DNA from: the human T2T-CHM13v2.0 reference genome, Homo sapiens
Reading direction: 5' to 3' (one strand)
NCBI RefSeq assembly: GCF_009914755.1
Contig: NC_060948.1
Length of the DNA stretch: 64,000 nt
The position numbers were made by a program, and so were the translations under genes. Each line of letters begins with the position of its first letter. Position 1 is the first letter of the stretch. The notes beneath the pieces were generated by a model. The model ran no database searches. It saw only the letters and a program-made list of their open reading frames with translations, and had not been told where the DNA came from. Shown piece by piece: positions 35,482 to 54,826 of this stretch.

Positions 35482-37586
35482 AGATCCATATTTTTTAAAT
35501 GAAAAAAAGTTTCAAAGGTACTCTGCTTGGTACAATAATCAAATGTATAAACTGAGGAATAAAACATAAGCATGAAACCTACTTATAACAGCATATGGAA
35601 AATACAGAGGATAATTTTTTAAATAACATATTTTGAAAGCCTTAACTAGTAATTTGAAGAGTTGGCATTTGAAAGGCCAGTATGAATATACCTTCAAAGC
35701 AGCAACACAGGTTCCCCATGAGAAAAAGCAAACTCAGGGAAAATAAAACCACAAAGGTTCAATCTCTTCTGACCTTGGAAAGACACAGCACAGACAGTGG
35801 TCCTTAGGACGAAGAGCAGGAGACCCCTAATTCCGTCACCATGGCGATAGGGCATAAACATTGCTGGGTGAGGGCACAATCCACATTGTGAGGTCCAACT
35901 GCTGCCAGGAAGACAGGAGTGCTTTTACATAGACCGAAAGGTCATTGAAGGCTCAGAGTTTTGTTTCAAGCACTGAATCCCAAGCCCACACGTTATTAGG
36001 CTGCGCTTCTTAAAACAAGTTATGAGATGGGAAAAAGGGCACCCACAAACATACGTATACATTATGTATATAATAATATACAGTATCATATATATAATGT
36101 ATATAACCTATGTATAATATTGTTTTACATCCTGCATCTTATATTATATATATTGTATAAAATAAAATAATTGATAATATATATGTTTTATATTTATACA
36201 ATATGACATATAGTATATATTATAATTTATGACATATATTATATATGTTATATATCATATATGGAATATATTATACGGTTAATATTCGTATTAAATATAA
36301 ATTATACATTATATATATTATATATAATATATCTGTTATATATAATACGCATTATGCATAATATATATATTATGTCTATGTTATATATAGTATAAAACAA
36401 CATATAATAATATATAATTGTATATATAAAATGCGACATATAATATATATTATATTTTATGACATATGTAATATATATTATATATTATATATAATACGTT
36501 GTATGTATAATACCTATATTAAATATATATTATATGACTATGTTATTAATTACATGTCACATATGTTATATATTATATATTTTACATAGAATATGCCGGT
36601 TACATACAATATATACTATGTTACCCATAATGAATAATTTATTACATGTAAAATAAAGAATGCAATATATTATGTATAATTTATAATATACAATATGTGG
36701 AATGTGATACATATAACATATAATATATGATATATGATATACAGTATATGATATATAACATACAATATATGATACCTAATATATATGGAATATAATATAT
36801 ATTTTATGATATGTATCCTATATGTTTTATATTCTGTTATATATAACTATTTGAAATTATATATAACTGTGTAATATTTTATGTAAATATGTAATATAAT
36901 ATATACAACTATATAATATATTATATATAACTATATATTATGTTATATATACTTTTATAACATAATTTACATAAAATATCATAATAAAATATATGTTATA
37001 TTATTTCACATTACGTAATGTATATTACATATCACCCAATATAAGTAACATACATAATATTATAATATAGATTATATTATGTTATATTAAATCTCATATA
37101 TATCATGTATCATATATTCTATAATATATATTATACATTATATAATATGTATGTTGTCTATTATGTGAGATATATAACTGTATATATAATTATATTGTTA
37201 TACATATAACTAGATAAACATGTAATTCTACATATTTTCCTTTATAATATATAGAATTATATAATCATATATAATTATTTATATTCTATAAAAAATTATA
37301 TCATTATATAAATTATAATATTTAAAAACTATAATATGTACTACAAATATATATGTTATATATCATATATGATATAGTACCTTTGTTATATATCATAATA
37401 CATATAAATGTGTATTATGTTATCTATAATTATATAATTTCATTTATAAGATGTATAATATGTATTATATATTATATACGTTATGTAATATATATAGTAT
37501 ATTTAACCTGACACAGGATAAATATTATATACTATGACATATAAAATATATGAGGTTATATGTTACATATAAGGCATAGCATATAA

Positions 37587-37902
<316 letters not shown>

Positions 37903-40007
37903 AGATCCATATTTTTTAAATGAAAAAAAATTTCAAAGGTACTCTGCTTGGTACAATAATCAAATGTATAAACTGAGGAATAAAACATAACCATGAAACC
38001 TACTTATGACAGCATATGGAAAATGCAGAGGATAATTTTTTAAATAACATATTTTGAAAGCCTTACCTAGTAATTTGAAGAGTTGGCATTTGAAAGGCCA
38101 GTATGAATATACCTTCAAAGCAGCAACACAGGTTCCCCATGAGAAAAATCAAACTCAGGGAAAATAAAACCACAAAGGTTCAATCTCTTCTGACCTTTGA
38201 AAGACACAGCACAGACAGTGGTCCTTAGGACGAAGAGCAGGAGACCCCTAATTCCGTCACCATGGCGATAGGGCATAAACATTGCTGGGTGAGGGCACAA
38301 TCCACATTGTGAGGTCCAACTGCTGCCAGGAAGACAGGAGTGCTTTTACATAGACCGAAAGGTCATTGAAGGCTCAGAGTTTTGTTTCAAGCACTGAATC
38401 CCAAGCCCACACGTTATTAGGCTGCGCTTCTTAAAACAAGTTATGAGATGGGAAAAAGGGCACCCACAAACATACGTATATATTATGTATATAATAATAT
38501 ACAGCATCATATATATAATATATATAACTTATGTATAATATTGTTTTACATCCTGCATCTTCTGTTATATATATTGTATAAAATATAATAATTGATAATA
38601 TATAAGTTTTATATATATACAATATGACATATAGTATATATTATAATTTATGACATATATAATATATGTTATGTATCATATATAGAATATATTATACGGT
38701 TAATATACGTATTAAATATAAATTATACATTATATATATTATATATAATATATCTGTTATATATAATACCCATTATGCATAATATATATATTATGTCTAT
38801 GTTATATATAGTATAAAACAACACATAATAATATACAATTGTATATATAAAATGCGACATATAATATATATTATATTTTATGACATATGTAATATATATT
38901 ATATATTATATATAATACGTTGTAGGTATAATTCCTATATTAAATATATATTATAGGACTATGTTATTAATTACATGTCACATATGTTATATATTATATA
39001 TTTTACATAGAATATACCGGTTACATACAATATATACTATGTTACCTATAATGTATAATTTATTACATGTAAAATAAAGATTGCAATATACTATGTATAA
39101 TTTATAGTATACAATATGTGGATTGTGATATATATAACATATAATATATGATATATGATATACAGTATATGATATATAACATACAATATATGATACCTAA
39201 TATATATGGTATACAATATATATTTTATGATATGTATTCTCTATGTTTTATATTCTGTTATATATAACTATTTGAAATTATATATAACTGTATAATATTT
39301 TATGTAAATATGTAATATAATATATATAACTATATAATATATTATATATAACTATATATTATGTTATATATAGTTTTATAACATAATTTACATAAAATAT
39401 CATAATATAATATATATTATATTATTTCATATTACATAATATATATTACATATCACCCAATATAAGTAACATACATAATATTATAATATAGATTATATTA
39501 TGTTATATTAAATATCATATATATCATGTATCATATATTCTATAATATATATTACACATTATATAATATGTATGTTGTCTATTATGTGATATATAGAACT
39601 ATATATATAATTATATTATTATACATATAACTACATAAACATGTAATTCTACATATTTTCATTTATAATATATAGAATTATATAATCATATATAATTATT
39701 TATATTCTATAAAAAATTATATCATTATATAAATTATAATATATAAAAATTATAATATGTTTTACAAATATATATATTATATATCATATATGATATAGTA
39801 CCTTTGTTATATATCATAATACATATAAATGTGTATTATGTTATCTATAATTATATAAATTCATATATAAGATATATAATATGTATCATATATTATATAT
39901 GTTATGTAATATATATAGTATATATAAGCTGACACAGGATAAATATTATATACTATGACATATAAAATATATGAGGTTATATGTTACATATAAGGCATAG
40001 CACATAA

Positions 40008-40322
<315 letters not shown>

Positions 40323-42427
40323 AGATCCATATTTTTTAAATGAAAAAAAATTTCAAAGGTACTCTGCTTGGTACAATAATCAAATGTATAAACTGAGGAA
40401 TAAAACATAACCATGAAACCTACTTATAACTGCATGTGGAAAATACAGAGGATAATTTTTTAAATAACATATTTTGAAAGCCTTAACTAGTAATTTGAAG
40501 AGTTGGCATTTGAAAGGCCAGTATGAATATACCTTCAAAGCAGCAACACAGGTTCCCCATGAGGAAAAGCAAACTCAGGGAAAATAAAACCACAAAGGTT
40601 CAATCTCTTCTGACCTTTGAAAGACACAGCACAGACAGTGGTCCTTAGGACGAAGAGCAGGAGACCCCTAATTCCGTCACCATGGCGATAGGGCATAAAC
40701 ATTGCTGGGTGAGGGCACAATCCACATTGTGAGGTCCAACTGCTGCCAGGAAGACAGGACTGCTTTTACATAGACCGAAAGGTCATTGAAGGCTCAGAGT
40801 TTTGTTTCAAGAACTGAATCCCAAGCCCACACGTTATTAGGCTGCGCTTCTTAAAACAGGTTATGAGATGGGAAAAAGGGCACCCACAAACATACGTATA
40901 CATTATGTATATAATAATATACAGTATCATATATATAATATATATAACCTATGTATAATATTGTTTTACATCCTGCATCTTATGTTATATATATTGTATA
41001 AAATATAATAATTGATAATATATAAGTATTATATTTATACAATATGGCATATAGTATATATTATAATTTATGACATATATAATATATGTTATATATCATA
41101 TATATAATATATTATATGGTTAATATACGTATTAAATATAAATTTTACATTATATATATTATATAAAATATATCTGATATATATAATACCCATTATGCAT
41201 AATATATATATTATGTCTATGTTATATATAGTATAAAACAACACATAATAATATATAATTCTATATATAAAATGCGACATATAATATATATTATATTTTA
41301 CGACATATGTAATATATATTATATATTATATATAATACGTTGTAGGTATAATTCCTATATTAAATATATATTATAGGACTATGTTATTAATTACATGTCA
41401 CATATGTTATATATTATATATTTTACATAGAATATACCGGTTACATACAATATATACTATGTTACCTATAATGTATAATTTATTACATGTAAAATAAAGA
41501 TTGCAATATATTATGTATAATTTATAGTATACAATATGTGGATTGTGATATATATAACATATAATATATGATATATGATATACAGTATATGATATATAAC
41601 ATGCAATATATGATACCTAATATATATGGTATACAATATATATTTTATGATATGTATTCTATATGTTTTATATTCTGTTATATATAACTATTTGAAATTA
41701 TATATAACTGTATAATATTTTATGTAAATATGTAATATAATATATATAACTATATAATATATTATATATAACTATATATTATGTTATATATAGATTTATA
41801 ACATAATTTACATAAAATATCATAATATAATATATATTATATTATTTCATATTACATAATATATATTACATATCACCCAATATAAGTAACATACATAATA
41901 TTATAATATAGATTATATTATGTTATATTAAATATCATATATATCATGTATCATATATTCTATAATATATATTACACATTATATAATATGTATGTTGTCT
42001 ATTATGTGATATATAGAACTATATATATAATTATATTATTATACATATAACTACATAAACATGTAATTCTAAATATTTTCATTTATAATATATAGAATTA
42101 TATAATCATATATAATTATTTATATTCTATAAAAAATTATATCATTATATAAATTATAATATATAAAAATTATAATATGTACTACAAATATATATATTAT
42201 ATATCATATATGATATAGTACCTTTGTTATATATCATAATACATATAAATGTGTATTATGTTATCTATAATTATATAAATTCATATATAAGATGTATAAT
42301 ATGTATCATATATTATATATGTTATGTAATATATATAGTATATATAAGCTGACACAGGATAAATATTATATACTATGACATATAAAATATATGAGGTTAT
42401 ATGTTACATATAAGGCATAGCACATAA

Positions 42428-42742
<315 letters not shown>

Positions 42743-44843
42743 AGATCCATATTTTTTAAATGAAAAAAAATTTCAAAGGTACTCTGCTTGGTACAATAAT
42801 CAAATGTATAAACTGAGGAATAAAACATAACCATGAAACCTACTTATAACTGCATATGGAAAATACAGAGGATAATTTTTTAAATAACATATTTTGAAAG
42901 CCTTAACTAGTAATTTGAAGAGTTGGTATTTGAAAGGCCAGTATGAATATACCTTCAAAGCAGCAACACAGGTTCCCCATGAGGAAAAGCAAACTCAGGG
43001 AAAATAAAACCACAAAGGTTCAATCTCTTCTGACCTTTGAAAGACACAGCACAGACAGTGGTCCTTAGGACGAAGAGCAGGAGACCCCTAATTCCGTCAC
43101 CATGGCGATAGGGCATAAACATTGCTGGGTGAGGGCACAATCCACATTGTGAGGTCCAACTGCTGCCAGGAAGACAGGAGTGCTTTTACATAGACCGAAA
43201 GGTCATTGAAGGCTCAGAGTTTTGTTTCAAGAACTGAATCCCAAGCCCACACGTTATTAGGCTGCGCTTCTTAAAACAGGTTATGAGATGGGAAAAAGGG
43301 CACCCACAAACATACGTATACATTATGTATATAATAATATACAGTATCATATATATAATATATATAACCTATGTATAATATTGTTTTACATCCTGCATCT
43401 TATGTTATATATATTGTATAAAATATAATAATTGATAATATATAAGTATTATATTTATACAATATGGCATATAGTATATATTATAATTTATGACATATAT
43501 AATATATGTTATATATCATATATAGAATATATTATACGGTTAATATACGTATTAAATATAAATTTTACATTATATATATTATATATAATATATCTGATAT
43601 ATATAATACCCATTATGCATAATATATATATTATGTCTATGTTATATATAGTATAAAACAACACATAATAATATATAATTGTATATATAAAATGCGACAT
43701 ATAATATATATTATATTTTACGACATATGTAATATATATTATATATTATATATAATACGTTGTAGGTATAATTCCTATATTAAATATATATTATAGGACT
43801 ATGTTATTAATTACATGTCACATATGTTATATATTATATATTTTACATAGAATATACCGGTTACATACAATATATACTATGTTACCTATAATGTATAATT
43901 TATTACATGTAAAATAAAGAATGCAATATATTATGTATAATTTATAATATACAATATGTGGAATGTGATATATATAACATATAATATATGATATATGATA
44001 TACAGTATATGATATATAACATACAATGTATGATACCTAATATATATGGTATACAATATATATTTTATGATATGTATTCTATATGTTTTATATTCTGTTA
44101 TATATAACTATTTGAAATTATATATAACTGTATAATATTTTATGTAAATATGTAATATAATATATAACTATATAATATATTATATATAACTATATATTAT
44201 GTTATATATACTTTTATAACATAATTTACATAAAATATCATAATATAATATATATTATATTATTTCATATTACATAATATATATTACATATCACCCAATA
44301 TAAGTAACATACATAATATTATAATATAGATTATATTATGTTATATTAAATATCATATATATCATGTATCATATATTCTATAGTATATATGATACATTAT
44401 ATAATATGTATGTTGTCTATTATGTGATATATATAACTATATATAATTATATTATTATACATATTACTAGATAAACATGTAATTCTACATATTTTCATTT
44501 ATAATATATAGAATTATATAATCATATATAATTATTTATATTCTATAAAAAATTATATCATTATATAAATTATAATATATAAAAATTATAATATGTACTA
44601 CAAATATATATATTATATATCATATATGATATAGTACCTTTGTTATATATCATAATACATATAAATGTGTATTATGTTATCTATAATTATATAATTTCAT
44701 ATATAAGATGTATAATATGTATCATATATTATATATGTTATGTAATATATATAGTATATATAAGATGACACAGGATAAATATTATATACTATGACATATA
44801 AAATATATGAGGTTATATGTTACATATAAGGCATAGCACATAA

Positions 44844-45158
<315 letters not shown>

Positions 45159-47263
45159 AGATCCATATTTTTTAAATGAAAAAAAATTTCAAAGGTACTC
45201 TGCTTGGTACAATAATCAAATGTATAAACTGAGGAATAAAACATAACCATGAAACCTACTTATAACTGCATGTGGAAAATACAGAGGATAATTTTTTAAA
45301 TAACATATTTTGAAAGCCTTAACTAGTAATTTGAAGAGTTGGCATTTGAAAGGCCAGTATGAATATACCTTCAAAGCAGCAACACAGGTTCCCCATGAGG
45401 AAAAGCAAACTCAGGGAAAATAAAACCACAAAGGTTCAATCTCTTCTGACCTTTGAAAGACACAGCACAGACAGTGGTCCTTAGGACGAAGAGCAGGAGA
45501 CCCCTAATTCCGTCACCATGGCGATAGGGCATAAACATTGCTGGGTGAGGGCACAATCCACATTGTGAGGTCCAACTGCTGCCAGGAAGACAGGACTGCT
45601 TTTACATAGACCGAAAGGTCATTGAAGGCTCAGAGTTTTGTTTCAAGAACTGAATCCCAAGCCCACACGTTATTAGGCTGCGCTTCTTAAAACAGGTTAT
45701 GAGATGGGAAAAAGGGCACCCACAAACATACGTATACATTATGTATATAATAATATACAGTATCATATATATAATATATATAACCTATGTATAATATTGT
45801 TTTACATCCTGCATCTTATGTTATATATATTGTATAAAATATAATAATTGATAATATATAAGTATTATATTTATACAATATGGCATATAGTATATATTAT
45901 AATTTATGACATATATAATATATGTTATATATCATATATATAATATATTATATGGTTAATATACGTATTAAATATAAATTTTACATTATATATATTATAT
46001 AAAATATATCTGATATATATAATACCCATTATGCATAATATATATATTATGTCTATGTTATATATAGTATAAAACAACACATAATAATATATAATTCTAT
46101 ATATAAAATGCGACATATAATATATATTATATTTTACGACATATGTAATATATATTATATATTATATATAATACGTTGTAGGTATAATTCCTATATTAAA
46201 TATATATTATAGGACTATGTTATTAATTACATGTCACATATGTTATATATTATATATTTTACATAGAATATACCGGTTACATACAATATATACTATGTTA
46301 CCTATAATGTATAATTTATTACATGTAAAATAAAGATTGCAATATATTATGTATAATTTATAGTATACAATATGTGGATTGTGATATATATAACATATAA
46401 TATATGATATATGATATACAGTATATGATATATAACATGCAATATATGATACCTAATATATATGGTATACAATATATATTTTATGATATGTATTCTATAT
46501 GTTTTATATTCTGTTATATATAACTATTTGAAATTATATATAACTGTATAATATTTTATGTAAATATGTAATATAATATATATAACTATATAATATATTA
46601 TATATAACTATATATTATGTTATATATAGTTTTATAACATAATTTACATAAAATATCATAATATAATATATATTATATTATTTCATATTACATAATATAT
46701 ATTACATATCACCCAATATAAGTAACATACATAATATTATAATATAGATTATATTATGTTATATTAAATATCATATATATCATGTATCATATATTCTATA
46801 ATATATATTACACATTATATAATATGTATGTTGTCTATTATGTGATATATAGAACTATATATATAATTATATTATTATACATATAACTACATAAACATGT
46901 AATTCTAAATATTTTCATTTATAATATATAGAATTATATAATCATATATAATTATTTATATTCTATAAAAAATTATATCATTATGTAAATTATAATATAT
47001 AAAAATTATAATATGTACTACAAATATATATATTATATATCATATATGATATAGTACCTTTGTTATATATCATAATACATATAAATGTGTATTATGTTAT
47101 CTATAATTATATAAATTCATATATAAGATGTATAATATGTATCATATATTATATATGTTATGTAATATATATAGTATATATAAGCTGACACAGGATAAAT
47201 ATTATATACTATGACATATAAAATATATGAGGTTATATGTTACATATAAGGCATAGCACATAA

Positions 47264-47578
<315 letters not shown>

Positions 47579-49679
47579 AGATCCATATTTTTTAAATGAA
47601 AAAAAATTTCAAAGGTACTCTGCTTGGTACAATAATCAAATGTATAAACTGAGGAATAAAACATAACCATGAAACCTACTTATAACTGCATATGGAAAAT
47701 ACAGAGGATAATTTTTTAAATAACATATTTTGAAAGCCTTAACTAGTAATTTGAAGAGTTGGTATTTGAAAGGCCAGTATGAATATACCTTCAAAGCAGC
47801 AACACAGGTTCCCCATGAGGAAAAGCAAACTCAGGGAAAATAAAACCACAAAGGTTCAATCTCTTCTGACCTTTGAAAGACACAGCACAGACAGTGGTCC
47901 TTAGGACGAAGAGCAGGAGACCCCTAATTCCGTCACCATGGCGATAGGGCATAAACATTGCTGGGTGAGGGCACAATCCACATTGTGAGGTCCAACTGCT
48001 GCCAGGAAGACAGGAGTGCTTTTACATAGACCGAAAGGTCATTGAAGGCTCAGAGTTTTGTTTCAAGAACTGAATCCCAAGCCCACACGTTATTAGGCTG
48101 CGCTTCTTAAAACAGGTTATGAGATGGGAAAAAGGGCACCCACAAACATACGTATACATTATGTATATAATAATATACAGTATCATATATATAATATATA
48201 TAACCCATGTATAATATTGTTTTACATCCTGCATCTTATATTATATATATTGTATAAAATATAATAATTGATAATATATAAATTTTATATTTATACAATA
48301 TGACATATAGTATATATTATAATTTATTACATATATAATATATGTTATATATCATATATAGAATATATTATACGGTTAATATACGTATTAAATATAAATT
48401 ATACATTATATATATTATATATAATATATCTGCTATATATAATACCCATTGTGCATAATATATATATTATGTCTATGTTATATATAGTATAAAACAACAT
48501 ATAATAATATATAATTGTATATATAAAACGCGACATATAATATATATTATATTTTATGACATATGTAATATATATTATATATTATATATAATACGTTGTA
48601 TGTATAATACCTATATTAAATATAAATTATATGACTATGTTATTAATTACATGTCACATATGTTATATATTATATATTTTACATAGAATATACCGGTTAC
48701 ATACAATATATACTATGTTACCTATAATGTATAATTTATTACATGTAAAATAAAGAATGTAATATATTACGTATAATTTATAATATACAATATGTGGAAT
48801 GTGATATATATAACATATAATATATGATATATGATATACAGTATATGATATATAACATACAATATATGATACCTAATATATATGGTATACAATATATATT
48901 TTATGATATGTATTCTATATGTTTTATATTCTGATATATATAACTATTTGAAATTATATATAACTGTATAATATTTTATGTAAATATGTAATATAATATA
49001 TAACTATATAATATATTATATATAACTATATATTATGTTATATATACTTTTATAACATAATTTACATAAAATATCATAATATAATATATATTATATTATT
49101 TCATATTACATAATATATATTACATATCACCCAATATAAGTAACATACATAATATTATAATATAGATTATATTATGTTATATTAAATATCATATATATCA
49201 TGTATCATATATTCTATAATATATATGATACATTATATAATATGTATGCTGTCTATTATGTGATATATATAACTATATATAATTATATTATTATACATAT
49301 TACTAGATAAACATGTAATTCTACATATTTTCATTTATAATATATAGAATTATATAATCATATATAATTATTTATATTCTATAAAAAATTATATCATTAT
49401 ATAAATTATAATATATAAAAATTATAATATGTACTACAAATATATATATTATATATCATATATGATATAGTACCTTTGTTATATATCATAATACATATAA
49501 ATGTGTATTATGTTATCTATAATTATATAATTTCATATATAAGATGTATAATATGTATTATATATTATATATGTTATGTAATATATATAGTATATATAAG
49601 ATGACACAGGATAAATATTATATACTATGACATATAAAATATATGAGGTTATATGTTACATATAAGGCATAGCACATAA

Positions 49680-49994
<315 letters not shown>

Positions 49995-52095
49995 AGATCC
50001 ATATTTTTTAAATGAAAAAAAATTTCAAAGGTACTCTGCTTGGTACAATAATCAAATGTATAAACTGAGGAATAAAACATAACCATGAAACCTACTTATA
50101 ACTGCATATGGAAAATACAGAGGATAATTTTTTAAATAACATATTTTGAAAGCCTTAACTAGTAATTTGAAGAGTTGGCATTTGAAAGGCCAGTATGAAT
50201 ACACCTTCAAAGCAGCAACACAGGTTCCCCATGAGAAAAAGCAAACTCAGGGAAAATAAAACCACAAAGGTTCAATCTCTTCTGACCTTTGAAAGACACA
50301 GCACAGACAGTGGTCCTTAGGACGAAGAGCAGGAGACCCCTAATTCCGTCACCATGGCGATAGGGCATAAACATTGCTGGGTGAGGGCACAATCCACATT
50401 GTGAGGTCCAACTGCTGCCAGGAAGACAGGAGTGCTTTTATATAGACCGAAAGGTCATTGAAGGCTCAGAGTTTTGTTTCAAGAACTGAATCCCAAGCCC
50501 ACACGTTATTAGGCTGCGCTTCTTAAAACAAGTTATGAGATGGGAAAAAGGGCACCTACAAACATACGTATACATTATGTATATAATAATATACAGTATC
50601 ATATATATAATATATATAACCCATGTATAATATTGTTTTACATCCTGCATCTTATATTATATATATTGTATAAAATATAATAATTGATAATATATAAATT
50701 TTATATTTATACAATATGACATATAGTATATATTATAATTTATTACATATATAATATATGTTATATATCATATATAGAATATATTATACGGTTAATATAC
50801 GTATTAAATATAAATTATACATTATATATATTATATATAATATATCTGCTATATATAATACCCATTGTGCATAATATATATATTATGTCTATGTTATATA
50901 TAGTATAAAACAACATATAATAATATATAATTGTATATATAAAACGCGACATATAATATATATTATATTTTATGACATATGTAATATATATTATATATTA
51001 TATATAATACGTTGTATGTATAATACCTATATTAAATATAAATTATATGACTATGTTATTAATTACATGTCACATATGTTATATATTATATATTTTACAT
51101 AGAATATACCGGTTACATACAATATATACTATGTTACCTATAATGTATAATTTATTACATGTAAAATAAAGAATGTAATATATTACGTATAATTTATAAT
51201 ATACAATATGTGGAATGTGATATATATAACATATAATATATGATATATGATATACAGTATATGATATATAACATACAATATATGATACCTAATATATATG
51301 GTATACAATATATATTTTATGATATGTATTCTATATGTTTTATATTCTGATATATATAACTATTTGAAATTATATATAACTGTATAATATTTTATGTAAA
51401 TATGTAATATAATATATAACTATATAATATATTATATATAACTATATATTATGTTATATATACTTTTATAACATAATTTACATAAAATATCATAATATAA
51501 TATATATTATATTATTTCATATTACATAATATATATTACATATCACCCAATATAAGTAACATACATAATATTATAATATAGATTATATTATGTTATATTA
51601 AATATCATATATATCATGTATCATATATTCTATAATATATATGATACATTATATAATATGTATGCTGTCTATTATGTGATATATATAACTATATATAATT
51701 ATATTATTATACATATTACTAGATAAACATGTAATTCTACATATTTTCATTTATAATATATAGAATTATATAATCATATATAATTATTTATATTCTATAA
51801 AAAATTATATCATTATATAAATTATAATATATAAAAATTATAATATGTACTACAAATATATATATTATATATCATATATGATATAGTACCTTTGTTATAT
51901 ATCATAATACATATAAATGTGTATTATGTTATCTATAATTATATAATTTCATATATAAGATGTATAATATGTATTATATATTATATATGTTATGTAATAT
52001 ATATAGTATATATAAGATGACACAGGATAAATATTATATACTATGACATATAAAATATATGAGGTTATATGTTACATATAAGGCATAGCACATAA

Positions 52096-52410
<315 letters not shown>

Positions 52411-54511
52411 AGATCCATATTTTTTAAATGAAAAAAAATTTCAAAGGTACTCTGCTTGGTACAATAATCAAATGTATAAACTGAGGAATAAAACATAACC
52501 ATGAAACCTACTTATAACTGCATATGGAAAATACAGAGGATAATTTTTTAAATAACATATTTTGAAAGCCTTAACTAGTAATTTGAAGAGTTGGCATTTG
52601 AAAGGCCAGTATGAATACACCTTCAAAGCAGCAACACAGGTTCCCCATGAGAAAAAGCAAACTCAGGGAAAATAAAACCACAAAGGTTCAATCTCTTCTG
52701 ACCTTTGAAAGACACAGCACAGACAGTGGTCCTTAGGACGAAGAGCAGGAGACCCCTAATTCCGTCACCATGGCGATAGGGCATAAACATTGCTGGGTGA
52801 GGGCACAATCCACATTGTGAGGTCCAACTGCTGCCAGGAAGACAGGAGTGCTTTTATATAGACCGAAAGGTCATTGAAGGCTCAGAGTTTTGTTTCAAGA
52901 ACTGAATCCCAAGCCCACACGTTATTAGGCTGCGCTTCTTAAAACAAGTTATGAGATGGGAAAAAGGGCACCTACAAACATACGTATACATTATGTATAT
53001 AATAATATACAGTATCATATATATAATATATATAACCCATGTATAATATTGTTTTACATCCTGCATCTTATATTATATATATTGTATAAAATATAATAAT
53101 TGATAATATATAAATTTTATATTTATACAATATGACATATAGTATATATTATAATTTATTACATATATAATATATGTTATATATCATATATAGAATATAT
53201 TATACGGTTAATATACGTATTAAATATAAATTATACATTATATATATTATATATAATATATCTGCTATATATAATACCCATTGTGCATAATATATATATT
53301 ATGTCTATGTTATATATAGTATAAAACAACATATAATAATATATAATTGTATATATAAAACGCGACATATAATATATATTATATTTTATGACATATGTAA
53401 TATATATTATATATTATATGTAATACGTTGTATGTATAATACCTATATTAAATATAAATTATATGACTATGTTATTAATTACATGTCACATATGTTATAT
53501 ATTATATATTTTACATAGAATATACCGGTTACATACAATATATACTATGTTACCTATAATGTATAATTTATTACATGTAAAATAAAGAATGCAATATATT
53601 ATGTATAATTTATAATATACAATATGTGGAATGTGATATATATAACATATAATATATGATATATGATATACAGTATATGATATATAACATACAATATATG
53701 ATACCTAATATATATGGTATACAATATATATTTTATGATATGTATTCTATATGTTTTATATTCTGTTATATATAACTATTTGAAATTATATATAACTGTA
53801 TAATATTTTATGTAAATATGTAATATAATATATAACTATATAATATATTATATATAACTATATATTATGTTATATATACTTTTATAACATAATTTACATA
53901 AAATATCATAATATAATATATATTATATTATTTCATATTACATAATATATATTACATATCACCCAATATAAGTAACATACATAATATTATAATATAGATT
54001 ATATTATGTTATATTAAATATCATATATATCATGTATCATATATTCTATAATATATATGATACATTATATAATATGTATGTTGTCTATTATGTGATATAT
54101 ATAACTATATATAATTATATTATTATACATATTACTAGATAAACATGTAATTCTACATATTTTCATTTATAATATATAGAATTATATAATCATATATAAT
54201 TATTTATATTCTATAAAAAATTATATCATTATATAAATTATAATATATAAAAATTATAATATGTACTACAAATATATATATTATATATCATATATGGTAT
54301 AGTACCTTTGTTATATATCATAATACATATAAATGTGTATTATGTTATCTATAATTATATAATTTCATATATAAGATGTATAATATGTATTATATATTAT
54401 ATATGTTATGTAATATATATAGTATATATAAGATGACACAGGATAAATATTATATACTATGACATATAAAATATATGAGGTTATATGTTACATATAAGGC
54501 ATAGCACATAA

Positions 54512-54826
<315 letters not shown>

